Positions 49,211 to 62,197 of a DNA stretch of 64,000 bases are shown here, one piece after another. The stretch comes from a bacterium. Its GTDB lineage: Bacteria > Vulcanimicrobiota > Xenobia > Xenobiales > Xenobiaceae. The position numbers were made by a program, and so were the translations under genes. Under the pieces are notes generated by a model, which saw only the letters and a list, made by a program, of their open reading frames with translations, did not search any database and was not told where the DNA came from. Position 1 is the first letter of the stretch; each line of letters starts with the position of its first letter. The DNA is taken from positions 3,983 through 67,982 of the forward strand of contig JAUNIO010000001.1 in assembly GCA_030535355.1 (NCBI GenBank), written 5' to 3'.

Positions 49211-49397
49211 TAGTAAGCCTCCAAACCGACAAAGCATTTAAAGCTTGCGGTCTTTGTAGTATTAGTATCGGTTTTATGCCGAATAGTTAAACGGTAAAGT
49301 GGCAACAAAGTTTCTATGCCCAAAGCTATATTCCTGCTAGAGCTAGTCAAAATCTAAGCCGACCTAAGCCGACTTGCCATTCCGCTATATTCGGCCC

Positions 49398-49426
49398 ATT
49401 ATAAGCCAAAACGCGCAAATAGGCAA
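49398..49426 (-). promoter_or_regulatory. sigma70-type promoter for tuf (TTGCCT-17-TATAAT) with ~180 nt leader
   Basis: On the minus strand: ttgcctATTTGCGCGTTTTGGCTtataat, in the fusA-tuf spacer. The leader contains a direct repeat GTCGGCTTAG x2. Confidence 0.55.
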
Positions 49427-49449
49427 CAGTTTTAGCGGGAAAGAATTTA

Positions 49450-51552
49450 TCAATAATATCTGCGCATGCCGATCATCGCATCCTGAATCTGGCGGGGGAC
49501 TTCTTCGTAATGGCCAAATTCCATCGACGAAGTTCCCCTACCCTGGGTCAGATTGCGCAGGACAGTAGTATAGCCGAACATCTCAGCCAAAGGTACCAGC
49601 GCCGATATTTGCTGGATGTTGTTCTCGGCAGCCGCGAGGTTTTCGATTTTGCCGCGTCGGGCATTCAGATCGCCGATAACATCTCCAATATAGTCATCGG
49701 GAACATCAATTTCCACCTTCATGACAGGTTCTTTTAGGTAGCAATCATTGCGCTCTAAACCGTCTTTGACAGCCATAGAAGCAGCGACTTTAAAGGCCAG
49801 CTCCGAAGAATCGACTTCGTGATAAGAACCATCAATCAAAGTTACGGATATATCAACCACGGGATAGCCAGCCAGCATACCACACTGCACGGCTTCCTGA
49901 CACCCCTGCTCTACGGCCTTATAATACTCTTTGGGCACTGAGCCGCCCACTACGCGGGTTTCAAACTTAAATCCGCTGCCCGGAGGCAAAGGCGCTAATT
50001 CCAGGACCACGTGACCATACTGGCCGCGCCCTCCCGTCTGACGCACAAAACGCCCCTCAGCGGTGATTTTCTTGCGAATGGATTCTTTATAGGCCACCTG
50101 GGGTTTACCCACATTGGCGTTAACCTGAAACTCACGGGATAGGCGATCAACAATGATTTCCAAATGCAGCTCGCCCATACCGGCGATCATGGTCTGCCCA
50201 GTTTCGGCGTTGGTTACAGTTCTGAAGGTGGGGTCCTCATCGCTAAGCTTTCCTAAAGCTACGCTCATGCGGTCCTGATCCGCTTTAGTCTTAGGTTCAA
50301 TAGCCACCGAGATCACCGGCTCGGGAAAGACGATGTTTTCCAAGACGATCATCCCATGCTCATCGCACAGCGTATCTCCAGTAGTCGAGAGCTTCAGGCC
50401 GATCACGCCGCCTAATTCTCCAGCGCGCAATTCGTCAACTTCTTCGCGGTGGTCAGCGTGCATACGCACCAAACGGCCAATGCGCTCGCGTTTGCCTTTA
50501 GCGCCATTCATAACCGCACTGCCGGATCTCAAAACGCCTGAATACACTCTGACAAAAGCTAATTTACCCACAAAGGGATCGGTTGCAATCTTAAAGACCA
50601 GAGCTGCCAGAGGCTCGTCAGGATCGCTGTGCCGCACAATTTCGCTGCCATCATTGGGATCGCTGCCGATTACCGGGGGTTTATCTAGCGGAGAGGGAAG
50701 ATAATCGACTATACCATCTAGAAGCGGCTGGACTCCTTTATTCTTAAAGGAAGAGCCAGTAAACACGGGAACAACTTCGTTGCGCAGTGTGCGCGCCCGC
50801 AAACCGCGTTTAATTTCCTCTATGCTCAGTTCCTCGCCATTCAGGAATTTTTCGGTAAGTTCGTCATCGCCTTCCGCCGCTTTCTCAACCAGCTCATCGC
50901 GCAGCGTCTGAGCACTGGCGACTAAATCGTCAGGAATGTCTTCCTCGCGTCTATCCAGCCCCAAATCATCGGTATAAACGTAGGCTCGCATACTCAGCAA
51001 ATCAACATAGCCCTGGAAATCCGCCTCAGCGCCGATCGGTATCTGCATTGGGACCGCGTTAGCCCCCAAACGATCGCGCATCTTATCGACAACATTGAAA
51101 AAATTAGCTCCAGTACGGTCCATCTTATTGATATAAGCAATGCGGGGAACGGCGTAACGGTTTGCCTGCCGCCACACAGTCTCCGACTGAGGCTGGACAC
51201 CGCCTACTGCGCAAAAAACAGCCACGACTCCATCGAGGACGCGCAGAGAGCGTTCCACTTCTACGGTGAAATCCACATGTCCAGGAGTATCAATAATATT
51301 GATGACATAATCGTGCCACATAGCTGTGGTAACCGCAGAAGTAATAGTAATGCCGCGTTCGCGTTCCTGGACCATCCAGTCCATAGTCGCAGAGCCAGCA
51401 TCGACTTCACCGATGCGGTGAGTCCTGCCGGTATAAAAAAGAATGCGCTCGGTTGTAGTAGTCTTACCCGCGTCAATATGGGCTGCAATGCCGATATTGC
51501 GCACCTGGCTTAAGTTGATATTTGGAAGTTTAGCCAACTGTTCCATCCCCAT
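49450..51552 (-). CDS. fusA: Elongation factor G
   Basis: ORF-track 49450..51588. Probable start at one of the clustered Mets 51552/51546 ([42 protein letters not shown]). No strong SD, so the start is uncertain by a few codons. Confidence 0.85.
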   Translation of the reverse strand: MGMEQLAKLPNINLSQVRNIGIAAHIDAGKTTTTERILFYTGRTHRIGEVDAGSATMDWMVQERERGITITSAVTTAMWHDYVINIIDTPGHVDFTVEVERSLRVLDGVVAVFCAVGGVQPQSETVWRQANRYAVPRIAYINKMDRTGANFFNVVDKMRDRLGANAVPMQIPIGAEADFQGYVDLLSMRAYVYTDDLGLDRREEDIPDDLVASAQTLRDELVEKAAEGDDELTEKFLNGEELSIEEIKRGLRARTLRNEVVPVFTGSSFKNKGVQPLLDGIVDYLPSPLDKPPVIGSDPNDGSEIVRHSDPDEPLAALVFKIATDPFVGKLAFVRVYSGVLRSGSAVMNGAKGKRERIGRLVRMHADHREEVDELRAGELGGVIGLKLSTTGDTLCDEHGMIVLENIVFPEPVISVAIEPKTKADQDRMSVALGKLSDEDPTFRTVTNAETGQTMIAGMGELHLEIIVDRLSREFQVNANVGKPQVAYKESIRKKITAEGRFVRQTGGRGQYGHVVLELAPLPPGSGFKFETRVVGGSVPKEYYKAVEQGCQEAVQCGMLAGYPVVDISVTLIDGSYHEVDSSELAFKVAASMAVKDGLERNDCYLKEPVMKVEIDVPDDYIGDVIGDLNARRGKIENLAAAENNIQQISALVPLAEMFGYTTVLRNLTQGRGTSSMEFGHYEEVPRQIQDAMIGMRRYY

Positions 51553-51682
51553 ACTCATTTCAGTCCACAGCGTAATTATTGAGAGCACGATCAGCCTGTA
51601 TAGTGTGGACTGATCTTTAATTTACACATAAAAACGGCGCTCAACAGCTATGCCAAGCGCCGTCTGAAATTTTGACTTAAAA

Positions 51683-52201
<519 letters not shown>

Positions 52202-52234
52202 CTAACGGCAATCAATCCGGAAGTTTAGTCAAAA

Positions 52235-52666
52235 TTACTTCTTATCAGCGGTCTTTTTAGGACGCTTGGCGCCATACTTGGAACGGCTCTGGTTTCTCTT
52301 GGCCACGCCGGCAGCATCGAGGGTACCGCGAATGATGTGATAGCGTACACCGGGCAGGTCTTTTACACGGCCACCGCGGATGAGCACCACCGAGTGCTCC
52401 TGCAGGTTGTGTCCCTCGCCGGGAATATAAGCAGTGACTTCGATCTGGTTAGTCAAACGCACACGGGCAATTTTACGCAACGCAGAGTTAGGCTTCTTAG
52501 GGGTAACGGTGCTGACTTTAGTGCACACACCCTGCTTCTGAGGGTTACCGCCAATGTCAAAGCTCTTAGTCTTCAAAGAGTTGTAAGAAATCTGCAAAGC
52601 GGGAGCTTTGCTCTTACGAGTTACCATTTTACGCCCGCGCCGTACGAGCTGATTGATAGTGGGCAT
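52235..52666 (-). CDS. rpsL: 30S ribosomal protein S12 (with ~14 aa insertion after PALQ)
   Basis: 143 aa. MPTINQLVR...PALQ[[16 protein letters not shown]]PQKQGVCT...[10 protein letters not shown]. The conserved streptomycin-region residues are present. Confidence 0.9.
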   Translation of the reverse strand: MPTINQLVRRGRKMVTRKSKAPALQISYNSLKTKSFDIGGNPQKQGVCTKVSTVTPKKPNSALRKIARVRLTNQIEVTAYIPGEGHNLQEHSVVLIRGGRVKDLPGVRYHIIRGTLDAAGVAKRNQSRSKYGAKRPKKTADKK

Positions 52667-52796
52667 TTAATTTACTCCCTAATTATAAGTCAGCCGAGAG
52701 CCGGCGCTACTGAAATACAATTTCAGTTAGCTCTTGTTCTTAGCTTTTCAAAACGATATTTCTGAGACAAACAACAGTGCTCAAAAATGCCAGGTT

Positions 52797-52825
52797 ATTA
52801 TACAATTCGCAGTTAATATTGTCAA
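52797..52825 (-). promoter_or_regulatory. Consensus sigma70 promoter (TTGACA-17-TATAAT) for rpsL-rpsG-fusA
   Basis: On the minus strand: ttgacaATATTAACTGCGAATTGtataat, located between the rpoC terminator and rpsL. Confidence 0.65.
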
Positions 52826-52845
52826 TAATAGCCTGGGAAACCTTA

Positions 52846-52890
52846 AGAAAAAAACATGCTCCCGGCCGCAAAACCTCGCCCAGGAGCATG
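52846..52890 (-). terminator. Rho-independent terminator after rpoC
   Basis: On the minus strand, CATGCTCCtgggcgaggttttgcggccGGGAGCATG is followed by TTTTTTTC. Confidence 0.7.
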
Positions 52891-52906
52891 TAGTTACGAA
52901 GCCAGA

Positions 52907-55900
52907 TTAGCTAATTTCGCCGAGATCGGCCATAGGATCGCCGCGCAAGCCTTTTACCAAAGCCTGGTCCAAAACCTCTGAAGCTTCATCTTCTTCGGTT
53001 TCTAAGCGAATGTTGCGGCTGGTATACGGAATAGCCGTTCTGGAAAGCCCTACCTCTACATTGCGATACTCTTCCATACCAGTTCCGGCCGGAATCAGCT
53101 TGCCGATAATCACGTTTTCCTTTAAACCGCGCAAATAGTCGGTCTTGCCGCTGATAGCTGCCTCAGTAAGCACTTTAGTAGTCTCTTGGAAGGAAGCGGC
53201 CGACAGGAAGGATTCCGTAGCCAAAGAGGCTTTAGTTACGCCTAAAAGCACTAAGCTGTACGTAGCTCCCCGGCCGGGACGCATGTATTTGTTGCCATCT
53301 TCATCGACATCTTCCACCATGGAATTCTCCACGGTTTCGTTAATATTATCGACCACCAAGCGATCCTGAGTGCTGCCGGGCAAGAAATCGGTATCATTGG
53401 AATCCACGATTTTCACCTTGCGCAGCATCTGGCGCACAATAACTTCGATGTGCTTGTCGTTGATATCCACGCCTTGATCGCGATAAACAGTCTGGACCTG
53501 ATCGACGATATAGTTCTGCACCGCATTCAGGCCGCGCACTTCGAGCACGCGGTGAGGGTCCATAAAACCTTCTACGAGCACGTCGCCGCGTTTTACATAG
53601 TCACCCTGCTCCACGGTCAGCACGGATTTAATAGGCAAATGGATATCTTCGCGCACCTCTTCATCGGGATTGTTCGGATTGCTGCCGATAATGGAGACCA
53701 AGAGCATGCCTTTGTCTTCTGACAGTTCAATCACGCCGTCAATACCCGCCAACTCACCTTTATTTTTAGGTTTGCGCGCCTCGAAAAGTTCCTCAACGCG
53801 GGGCAGACCCTGAATGATGTCGTCCTGGGCCACGCCGCCGGTGTGGAAGGTACGCAGAGTCAGCTGCGTGCCGGGCTCGCCGATAGACTGGGCGGCTACA
53901 ATACCTACAGTAGCGCCGATCTCGACCTGTTTGCCGGTAGCTAAGTCCTTGCCGTAGCATTTAGCGCACACGCCCTGAGTAGCTCTGCAGGTCAGCACCG
54001 AACGGACTTCGATTCCCGGGCGCTTCCAGCGATGTTCAGGAACGCCCTCTTCGGGAATAAAGCCCTTAGCGTTCATACCGCGCGACAGCCAGGCTTCAAT
54101 TTCGACGCTGTGCTCTTCGTCAATCATCTCGTCCTTGCTGATAAAGCACTTGTTGCCTTCGCGATCCTCGTACTCCAAATCATTGACGAGGTAACGGCCC
54201 ACCAAGCGCTCAGCCAGGCCTTCTTTAATATCCTTGCCGTTGACAGCAGGGCCCAGACGCGTACCATGAGTGCAGCCACAGTCAGCTGTGCGCACGATAA
54301 TATCCTGAGACACATCGATCAAACGGCGAGTCAGATAACCAGAGTCAGCCGTGCGCAGAGCGGTATCTGCTAAGCCTTTGCGGGCACCGTGGGTACCAAT
54401 GAAGTACTCCAGTACGGTTAAGCCTTCGCGCAGATTGGCGCGGATGGGCAAAGGAATGATACGTCCTGTAGGGTCAGCCATCAAGCCGCGCATACCTGCC
54501 AGCTGTTTCACCTGGGCTGGGTTACCGCGGGCTCCGGAGGTAGCCATCATGAAGACGGGGTTCAGACGGTCCAAGTGACGCATCATCGCCGCCTCCACTT
54601 CATTAGTGGCATCAGACCAGATATTCATCAGCTGGTGATAGTGTTCGTCTTCGGTCAGCAAACCGCGGCGCAGATAAGTATCAGCTTTCTGCACCAGGTT
54701 ATCGGCGCGCTCCAAAATCGCGGGCTTTTCAGGGGGAATCTTAATATCGGTTACACTGATGGTCGTACCAGAACGGGTAGCGAACTTGTAACCCAAAGCT
54801 TTAAGATTGTCCAGGAATGAGGCCGTACGGGTATTGCCGTGAGCGGTATGCACGCGTTTGACAAAGCGCACTACGTCTTTTTTGACGAATGTTCTATTGA
54901 TCTCGCTAAAGCACACCGGGCCTTTGCCGAATTTAACCCCTTCGAGCGGATTGATGGAGTGGACTTTAATGTTCTCGGGCACAGCGTTCCACATGAACAG
55001 GCGGCCCACCGTGCAGCGCACCAGCTGATCGTAAATCTGAACGCGTATCGGAGCCTGCAGCTCGACCACTCCGGCGTCATAGGCCAGCATGGCTTCATCT
55101 ATGCTGCTGAACAGCTTGCCCTCACCCTTAGAATCGTGTTTCTCGATAGTCAGGTAATACATACCGAGAATCATATCCTGCGTAGGAGTCGTAGCCGGTG
55201 AGCCATACGCAGGCAGCAGAATATTGTGAGCGGAAAGCATCAGCAGACGGGCCTCGGCCTGAGCACCGGCAGAAAGAGGAAGGTGCACGGCCATTTGGTC
55301 GCCGTCGAAGTCGGCGTTATAAGGCGTACAGACCAAAGGATGCAGCTGAATAGCTTTGCCTTCCACCAAAACCGGCTCAAAAGCCTGGATACCCAGACGG
55401 TGCAGCGTGGGGGCGCGGTTCAGCAACACGGGATGATCGATAATAACCTGCTCCAAAGCATCCCATACGCAGGGTTCAACCCTTTCGACTTTGCGCTTGG
55501 CGCTCTTAATATTATTGCAGATGCCAGCATCCTGCAGTTTTTTCATGACAAAGGGCTTGAACAGCTCCAAAGCCATTTCCTTGGGCAAACCGCATTGATG
55601 CAGTTTCAGTTTAGGGCCGACAACGATAACCGAACGGCCGGAATAGTCCACGCGCTTACCCAGCAGATTTTGGCGGAAACGTCCCTGTTTGCCCTTTAGC
55701 ATGTCGGACAGCGACTTCAAAGGACGGCTATTCGGGCCGGTAACAGGGCGGCCGCGGCGGCCGTTATCGATGAGCGCATCCACAGCTTCCTGAAGCATAC
55801 GCTTTTCGTTTTTAACAATAATTTCTGGGGCACCCAGCGTCTGCAGACGGCGCAGGCGGTTATTGCGGTTGATAACGCGGCGGTATAAATCGTTAAGGTC

Positions 55901-56695
55901 CGAAGTCGCAAAACGCGCACCGTCCAGCTGCACCATGGGGCGCAGATCGGGAGGAATAACAGGCACTACGGTCAGGACCATCCACTCGGGACGGTTGCCG
56001 GATTTGCGGAAAGCTTCCACCACGCCCAAGCGCTTGACGATTTTAGAGCGTTTAGTCGAACTGCCACCCTGCTCCTTAGCTTCGCGCTTTAAATCTTCAT
56101 ACAGCTGATCCAGGTCTAAATGCTCAGCGCTCAGCAGCTTCAGAATAGCTTCGGCACCCATGCCCACTTCAACGGATTCGAGGACATCAGTGCCCTTCTC
56201 CGCTAACTCCATGCGCTTGACGCGCCAATCCACTTCGCTGATCAGCTGATTTTTGGTCAGACCTGTCACCGCTTCATCGCCGGGATTGATGACCACATAG
56301 CTCATGAAATAGATAACGCGTTCCAGCTGGCGCGGCGTTAGATCGAGAAGCAGGCCGATGCGGCTGGGAACTCCCTTAAAATACCAAATATGCGTAACCG
56401 GAGCGGCCAGCTTAATATGCCCCATGCGCTCACGGCGCACTTTGGAGCGAGTCACTTCAACGCCGCATTTATCGCAGATCAATCCCTTAAAACGCACGCG
56501 TTTATATTTGCCGCAATGGCATTCCCAATCTTTCGTGGGGCCAAAAATGCGTTCGCAGAACAGCCCGTCACGCTCAGGTTTTAAGGTGCGGTAATTAATA
56601 GTTTCGGGTTTCTTAACCTCGCCGTACGACCAAACGGCAATTTGGTTGGGAGAAGCCAAACCGATCTTCATCGCCGCAAAATAATTAACATCCAT
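52907..56695 (-). CDS. rpoC: DNA-directed RNA polymerase subunit beta'
   Basis: ORF-track 52907..56737. Start at ATG 56695 ([16 protein letters not shown]..), GGAGGG 8 nt upstream. The zinc-binding [20 protein letters not shown] and the catalytic NADFDGD motif are present. Confidence 0.95.
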   Translation of the reverse strand: MDVNYFAAMKIGLASPNQIAVWSYGEVKKPETINYRTLKPERDGLFCERIFGPTKDWECHCGKYKRVRFKGLICDKCGVEVTRSKVRRERMGHIKLAAPVTHIWYFKGVPSRIGLLLDLTPRQLERVIYFMSYVVINPGDEAVTGLTKNQLISEVDWRVKRMELAEKGTDVLESVEVGMGAEAILKLLSAEHLDLDQLYEDLKREAKEQGGSSTKRSKIVKRLGVVEAFRKSGNRPEWMVLTVVPVIPPDLRPMVQLDGARFATSDLNDLYRRVINRNNRLRRLQTLGAPEIIVKNEKRMLQEAVDALIDNGRRGRPVTGPNSRPLKSLSDMLKGKQGRFRQNLLGKRVDYSGRSVIVVGPKLKLHQCGLPKEMALELFKPFVMKKLQDAGICNNIKSAKRKVERVEPCVWDALEQVIIDHPVLLNRAPTLHRLGIQAFEPVLVEGKAIQLHPLVCTPYNADFDGDQMAVHLPLSAGAQAEARLLMLSAHNILLPAYGSPATTPTQDMILGMYYLTIEKHDSKGEGKLFSSIDEAMLAYDAGVVELQAPIRVQIYDQLVRCTVGRLFMWNAVPENIKVHSINPLEGVKFGKGPVCFSEINRTFVKKDVVRFVKRVHTAHGNTRTASFLDNLKALGYKFATRSGTTISVTDIKIPPEKPAILERADNLVQKADTYLRRGLLTEDEHYHQLMNIWSDATNEVEAAMMRHLDRLNPVFMMATSGARGNPAQVKQLAGMRGLMADPTGRIIPLPIRANLREGLTVLEYFIGTHGARKGLADTALRTADSGYLTRRLIDVSQDIIVRTADCGCTHGTRLGPAVNGKDIKEGLAERLVGRYLVNDLEYEDREGNKCFISKDEMIDEEHSVEIEAWLSRGMNAKGFIPEEGVPEHRWKRPGIEVRSVLTCRATQGVCAKCYGKDLATGKQVEIGATVGIVAAQSIGEPGTQLTLRTFHTGGVAQDDIIQGLPRVEELFEARKPKNKGELAGIDGVIELSEDKGMLLVSIIGSNPNNPDEEVREDIHLPIKSVLTVEQGDYVKRGDVLVEGFMDPHRVLEVRGLNAVQNYIVDQVQTVYRDQGVDINDKHIEVIVRQMLRKVKIVDSNDTDFLPGSTQDRLVVDNINETVENSMVEDVDEDGNKYMRPGRGATYSLVLLGVTKASLATESFLSAASFQETTKVLTEAAISGKTDYLRGLKENVIIGKLIPAGTGMEEYRNVEVGLSRTAIPYTSRNIRLETEEDEASEVLDQALVKGLRGDPMADLGEIS

Positions 56696-56772
56696 TAAAA
56701 TGCCCTCCAAATAGGGAAAAAAGCCCATACGCTGCAAGCATCCGGAGAGGCTTAACCTCTCCGGGCCAGCGT

Positions 56773-59700
56773 TTAACGCAAGGTGGTATCTTCGGAGTAT
56801 CCAAACGTATCTCGGCTCTGGGGATTGACAATATCCTGATCTTCGACTGACCGCATTTCCTTAGATTTGCCGTTCTTATCCAACACGCGCACATCTAAGG
56901 CCAAGCTCTGCAGCTCTTTCATCAAAACTTTGAAAGATTCGGGAACGCCGGGATCCATTACATTTTCGCCTTTGACGATAGCTTCGTATGTCTTCACACG
57001 GCCAACTACGTCGTCTGATTTTACGGTCAGCAGTTCCTGAAGCGTATAAGCAGCGCCATAAGCCTCCAAGGCCCAGACTTCCATTTCACCGAAGCGCTGG
57101 CCGCCGAACTGAGCTTTACCACCCAAAGGCTGCTGAGTAATTAAGCTGTAAGGGCCAGTTGAACGGGCGTGAATCTTATCATCTACCAAGTGCAGCAGCT
57201 TCAGCATATAGATCTGGCCAACCATTACCTTGGTATCGTAAGGTTCCCCAGTACGTCCGTCGTACAGAATAGTTTTGCCGTCGGTTACCACATGAGACTG
57301 GAAATCGACGATATACTGAGCCAGCTCTTTTATTTCCTCAGGAGAGTAATAGCGTTCATGGGTACTGAGCACACGGGTCAGCTTCTCTTCCAGCGTGCGT
57401 TCAGCGATCACTTCAGCCAAGGCTTCTGTATCGACGTTCTTAACGCCATTTTCGTGCAAAATTTCGATGACTTTCCCCGCCAGCAGATTCTCAGGCACGG
57501 AGGCAATGAGGTCTTTGATCTCCTTAGTGGTCATCACGACCCCATCGTGATCGTTGATGAAGGCCAGCAAGCGCACATACAAAGGCTGATCATCTAAAAC
57601 ATCGACCAGCTCGGGAGTATTGAGATAAATACCCTTTTGTTTCAAACTGGACTGAAGTTTGGCCAGCCCCATCAGATCGTGGATCTGATCTTCGCTTACA
57701 CTGTCGAACACCGGCACTTCCACTCGCATAACCGGCTCTTCAGGATCGCTGAGCATACGCATGGCCATGCCCAAATGGGTTTCCAAAATCTGTCCGATAT
57801 TCATACGCGAAGGCACGCCCAGCGGATTGAGCACGATCTGCACTGGAGTGCCATCGGGAAGGAAGGGCATATCTTCAACGGGCATGATGCGGGAAACTAC
57901 ACCCTTATTACCGTGACGCCCGGCCATTTTGTCGCCCTGCAGAATCTTGCGCTTCTGGGCCACGTAAACGCGCACCATACGGTTGACGCCAGGCTTTAAC
58001 GAATCCGTAGTATTGCGGTCGAATACTTTAATATCGATAACTTTGCCGCGCTCGCCATGAGGCACTTTCAAAGAGGTGTCGCGCACGTCGCGTGATTTCT
58101 CACCAAAGATTGCGCGCAGCAGGCGCTCTTCAGCGGTCAGCTCGGTCTCGCCTTTAGGAGTGACTTTACCCACCAAAATATCCTCGGTGCGCACTTCGGC
58201 ACCGATGCGGATAATGCCGTTTTCGTCCAAATTGCGCAGCATATCTTCGCCGACGTTGGGTATATCGCGGGTAATTTCTTCAGCTCCCAGCTTAGTATCG
58301 CGGGCTTCGCAGTCGTACTCTTCGATGTGAATAGAAGTGAACACATCGTCGCGAACCACTTCTTCGCTCAGCAGGATAGCGTCTTCGTAGTTGAACCCCT
58401 CCCAAGGCATGAAAGCAACCAGCACGTTGCGGCCCAAAGCCAATTCTCCGTTAACCGACGACGTACCATCGGCCAAAATATCGTTAGCTTTCACGCGCTG
58501 GCCTTTTTTCACGATAGGGCGCTGGTTAATGCAAGTACCCGAGTTGGAACGGCGGAACTTGTGCAGCTTATATTCGTGCTCCTCGCCTTTATCGTCGCAG
58601 ATCACAATAGAAGTCGAGCTAACCGCGGTCACCACGCCGCTGTGCTTAGAGACCATCAAAGCGCCGGAGTCTTTGGCCGCCCGGTATTCCATACCGGTTC
58701 CCACGATAGGAGCCTGGGGATTGATCAGAGGCACAGCCTGACGCTGCATGTTGGCTCCCATCAAAGCGCGGTTGGCGTCGTCGTGTTCCAGGAAGGGAAT
58801 TAAAGCCGTAGCCACAGACACCATCTGCTTAGAGGTTACGTCCATGTAATCGATGTCGCGGGGACTGACGATCAGCGGCTCATTCTTTTCGCGCACGACT
58901 ACGCGATCATCGATAATAAAATTGCGCTCGTCGAGGTTAGTGTTGGCCTGAGCGATGACAAACTCGTCTTCGCGATCGGCGGACATATAATCAACCTGAT
59001 TGGTGACCTGCACTTTCACCTCTAAGCGGCCCAGCTTGGATTCCAGTTCCTGCAGCTCAAAGCGGGGCACAACATCTCCTTTATGATAGAGGAGTTTGCC
59101 ATCAGTATCGATTACATCCTGATCCAGCACCATATTGACCTTGCGGTAAGGAGTTTCGATAAAGCCGAACTCGTTGACCTTTCCATACGTAGCCAAAGAA
59201 CCGATCAAACCGATGTTGGGGCCTTCAGGCGTTTCGATGGGGCAAATGCGCCCGTAGTGCGAATAGTGTACGTCGCGGACTTCGAAACCAGCGCGTTCAC
59301 GCGATAGACCGCCGGGGCCTAAAGCCGAGAGACGGCGCTTATGGGTAAGCTCCGCCAGCATATTGGTTTGGTCCATAAACTGAGACAGCTGCGAGGAACC
59401 GAAGAACTCTTTGATGGCAGCCGTGACGGGACGTATATTAATTAAGGAGGAAACACTGCTGGCCTGGACATCGGTCGTGGACATGCGCTCTTTGATGACG
59501 CGCTCCAAGCGCTGCAGGCCTACCCGGAATTGATTCTGAAGCAATTCGCCGACACCGCGGATACGGCGGTTACCCAAGTGGTCGATATCGTCGCTGAAAA
59601 CGGGAACATCAAAGCAATCGGGGTCCAATGCTTTCAGATAGATAGTTCTGTCTTTGACATAGAGAGGCAGACCTTCGCTGAGTTCCTGCTCATCGTTATA

Positions 59701-60747
59701 GCGCTCATAGCGTTTGGCCTTCATCAGAGCCAGCATGTAGCGCACAGCAGCCACAATATCCTTAACGCTTAAGGTCAGAGAGTACGTCAGGCGGGCCCCG
59801 CATTCGGGGTCGCTGCAGACAAACGAGCCGGGATTCTGCAGCTGACCGCACTGGGGGCAGACGACCTTGCGTCCCAATTTACGGGCCAGGCGGAAACTGC
59901 CTACTTTGGCCAAATCATAGCGTTTGGATTCAAAGAAAAGATTATTGAGCAGCTGCTGGGCACCTTCAGGAGTAGTTATTTCGCCCGGGCGCTGCTTTTT
60001 GTAAATTTCGGTCAGAGCGATCTCGACGGGCTTCTTCTCTTCTTCGCCCACCATATCGTCAATGCCATCTTTTTCCAGAGTTTTCTCAATCAGAGGATCG
60101 TTGTTGAACAGTTCGGCGACTTCTTCGCGGGTACCGTATCCCAAAGCGCGGAGAAGCACACTGGCCGGCAATTTGCGGGCCTTGTCAATACGTGCATATA
60201 TCACGTCGCTGGTATCGGTTTCCAGCTCTAGCCAGGCACCGCGGTTGGGAATAACCGTAGCTGTCCAAGTGGAGCGCCCAGTCGCCGTATCCAAACTGTG
60301 CTGATAATATATGCCAGGAGAACGCACTAGCTGACTAACAATTACGCGCTCAGCTCCGTTGACCACAAACGTGCCCGTATCGGTCATAGCCGGGAATTCG
60401 CCCATAAATATGTCGGTGTCGATTTTTACAGGCCGGCCGGCTTCATCGAGATGGGAGAAACTGGTGTCAACATGCAGGGGACGTGCAAAAGTATCGTCAC
60501 ATCCGCGGCACTCATCTACAGAATGTACAGGCTCTCTTAGAGTGCACTTGCCAAACGATAATTCCAGATTCCCTCCAAAGTCTTTAATGGGAGAAAAATC
60601 ACTGAAAGTTTCACGCAAGCCTTCGTTGACGAATCTCTCGTAAGATTCGCGCTGCAGCTCGATCAGATTGGGAAGTTCCAGAGCGGGAGTTACCTTTAGG
60701 AAGGAGATACGCCCAGTAGCCTCGTTCTTTTGTCGAAGAAACGACAT
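56773..60747 (-). CDS. rpoB: DNA-directed RNA polymerase subunit beta (1324 aa, with a lineage-specific Cys4 insertion CPQCG..CSDPECG)
   Basis: Conserved RpoB throughout. An insertion with a C4 motif lies at ~residues 295-320. Confidence 0.95.
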   Translation of the reverse strand: MSFLRQKNEATGRISFLKVTPALELPNLIELQRESYERFVNEGLRETFSDFSPIKDFGGNLELSFGKCTLREPVHSVDECRGCDDTFARPLHVDTSFSHLDEAGRPVKIDTDIFMGEFPAMTDTGTFVVNGAERVIVSQLVRSPGIYYQHSLDTATGRSTWTATVIPNRGAWLELETDTSDVIYARIDKARKLPASVLLRALGYGTREEVAELFNNDPLIEKTLEKDGIDDMVGEEEKKPVEIALTEIYKKQRPGEITTPEGAQQLLNNLFFESKRYDLAKVGSFRLARKLGRKVVCPQCGQLQNPGSFVCSDPECGARLTYSLTLSVKDIVAAVRYMLALMKAKRYERYNDEQELSEGLPLYVKDRTIYLKALDPDCFDVPVFSDDIDHLGNRRIRGVGELLQNQFRVGLQRLERVIKERMSTTDVQASSVSSLINIRPVTAAIKEFFGSSQLSQFMDQTNMLAELTHKRRLSALGPGGLSRERAGFEVRDVHYSHYGRICPIETPEGPNIGLIGSLATYGKVNEFGFIETPYRKVNMVLDQDVIDTDGKLLYHKGDVVPRFELQELESKLGRLEVKVQVTNQVDYMSADREDEFVIAQANTNLDERNFIIDDRVVVREKNEPLIVSPRDIDYMDVTSKQMVSVATALIPFLEHDDANRALMGANMQRQAVPLINPQAPIVGTGMEYRAAKDSGALMVSKHSGVVTAVSSTSIVICDDKGEEHEYKLHKFRRSNSGTCINQRPIVKKGQRVKANDILADGTSSVNGELALGRNVLVAFMPWEGFNYEDAILLSEEVVRDDVFTSIHIEEYDCEARDTKLGAEEITRDIPNVGEDMLRNLDENGIIRIGAEVRTEDILVGKVTPKGETELTAEERLLRAIFGEKSRDVRDTSLKVPHGERGKVIDIKVFDRNTTDSLKPGVNRMVRVYVAQKRKILQGDKMAGRHGNKGVVSRIMPVEDMPFLPDGTPVQIVLNPLGVPSRMNIGQILETHLGMAMRMLSDPEEPVMRVEVPVFDSVSEDQIHDLMGLAKLQSSLKQKGIYLNTPELVDVLDDQPLYVRLLAFINDHDGVVMTTKEIKDLIASVPENLLAGKVIEILHENGVKNVDTEALAEVIAERTLEEKLTRVLSTHERYYSPEEIKELAQYIVDFQSHVVTDGKTILYDGRTGEPYDTKVMVGQIYMLKLLHLVDDKIHARSTGPYSLITQQPLGGKAQFGGQRFGEMEVWALEAYGAAYTLQELLTVKSDDVVGRVKTYEAIVKGENVMDPGVPESFKVLMKELQSLALDVRVLDKNGKSKEMRSVEDQDIVNPQSRDTFGYSEDTTLR

Positions 60748-61188
60748 TGAGAAGATCCTCCTAACGCATACGCGTAATTATTATGGCACTATTGTGATTA
60801 ACATGGCGATTACCATGACGCAGCCTAAAAGCAGACTGCTGCGGAGAGTTCGGTATCCTCTCTTACCGACATAAATTTACCGAAATAAATTTCCCCGCAT
60901 TTAGCCGCTGCAGACATTTGCACATTACCAACAAACACAAAAAAAAGAAAACACAAACACACCCGCCTGCTTCGACCGGTGCGCTGTTTTCATTCTTCGT
61001 TATTTATAAATGGTGAACTTATACAAATTATCTTCCAGACGGCTAGGCTGACGTTTGTTTTCAGCGTCCTGAGAACAAACGCTAGACATCTCGTATCTTA
61101 TTGCCATTTTAAGCACAGTATATATTACTACAACTCATTTGTAAAGTCAAGATAGTTAACAGAAACAATTAGTTGGCGGCTTAACCTC

Positions 61189-61217
61189 TTGCAGAATAAA
61201 TCTAACTGTGCTAGAAT
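61189..61217 (+). promoter_or_regulatory. sigma70-type promoter for tRNA-Pro (TTGCAG-17-TAGAAT)
   Basis: ttgcagAATAAATCTAACTGTGCtagaat ends ~28 nt before the mature tRNA 5' end. Confidence 0.55.
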
Positions 61218-61245
61218 ATTTCTGCTTTTGTGAAGGCAATGGTAA

Positions 61246-61322
61246 CGGGGCGTAGCGCAGCCTGGCAGCGCGCAACGTTCGGGACGTTGAGGTCGAAGGT
61301 TCAAATCCTTTCGCCCCGACCA
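61246..61322 (+). tRNA. tRNA-Pro (anticodon CGG)
   Basis: Manual fold: 7-bp acceptor (CGGGGCG/CGCCCCG), D-stem GCGC/GCGC, anticodon stem CAACG/CGTTG with loop TTCGGGA, T-stem GAAGG/CCTTT with loop TTCAAAT. Discriminator A and encoded CCA. Confidence 0.85.
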
Positions 61323-61329
61323 AATAAAA

Positions 61330-61375
61330 ATCTAAGCAATGTTCATTTTTTGGGACATTGCTTATTTTTATTTCC
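61330..61375 (+). terminator. Rho-independent terminator after tRNA-Pro
   Basis: AAGCAATGTTCattttttGGGACATTGCTT is followed by ATTTTTATTT. Confidence 0.6.
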
Positions 61376-61773
61376 GTCTCAGCAGCAGTCAGCCGCCCAG
61401 CGCTCTAGAGAGCATGCAGTCTCCCCTGCCGCAGTTGCTGCCTATCCCCATCCCATCGTCCAGCCATGTCATTTAGTTAGTGTCCGCAAACAAGTTAGCT
61501 TTTGCACCGTCTTCCGTAACCTCGGCGTTGCAGCAGTTCTGCTAAGCGTAGCATCTTAGCGTAGCGAAGCAGCGCAGCGGGCAGAAGCTGACGCAAAAAA
61601 AGCCAGGTGTCTGAGGCCTAAAGGAAGCGAAGATTCGCTTGATCTGAATGTACAGGTGCTATACTTTGCTTAACTAAATGATATTAGATATTTGACAAAG
61701 AAGATTCAATAGAATAAAACTAAGCTGAGCAAGCTCGCTGAGCTTGCCATATTTTTTGGGAGAGTACCAGTCC

Positions 61774-62100
61774 ATGTCCGAAGATGTTGTCAGCAACGCC
61801 CCGGCTCGCGAATACGATGCCGACCTGCACGTGCACCAAGTCAGCGAAGCTGAAAAACTAAACGAAATAATCGAGCGCATTGAAGAGATCGAACAGCAAA
61901 AAGCCGATTTGAGCGCCGCCCTGAAAGAAGTTTACAATGAGGCCAAGTGCGAAGGCTTCGACGTCAAAATTTTAAAACAGGTGGTGAGAATGCGCAAAAT
62001 GGAACAGCGCGAGATTGAGGAAGAGCAAAGCGTGCTCACCCTGTATCTGCAGGCGCTGGGAATGCTGGGCGGCCAGTCTATAAAAAGAGGGCTTCAGTAA
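61774..62100 (+). CDS. DUF2312/GapR-like small coiled-coil DNA-binding protein
   Basis: ORF-track 61744..62100. Start at ATG 61774 (MSEDVV..), GGGAGAG 9 nt upstream. The sequence ..LNEIIERIEEIEQQKADLSAALKEVYNEAKCEGFDVKILKQVVRMRKMEQREIEEEQSVLTLYLQALGM closely follows the DUF2312/GapR pattern (IERIE.LEEEK..L..D.K.VY.EAK..GFDVK.L...IR.RK.D...R.E.E..L.LY..ALGM). Confidence 0.65.
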   Translation: MSEDVVSNAPAREYDADLHVHQVSEAEKLNEIIERIEEIEQQKADLSAALKEVYNEAKCEGFDVKILKQVVRMRKMEQREIEEEQSVLTLYLQALGMLGGQSIKRGLQ

Positions 62101-62197
62101 CAATATTTACCCACCTTGTTGAAGGTAAAAAGAATTAATCTGGAAATATTTAATTTTAGGCGTTATTGCCTGGCAAATGATTGTTAGGGGAGCTGTT

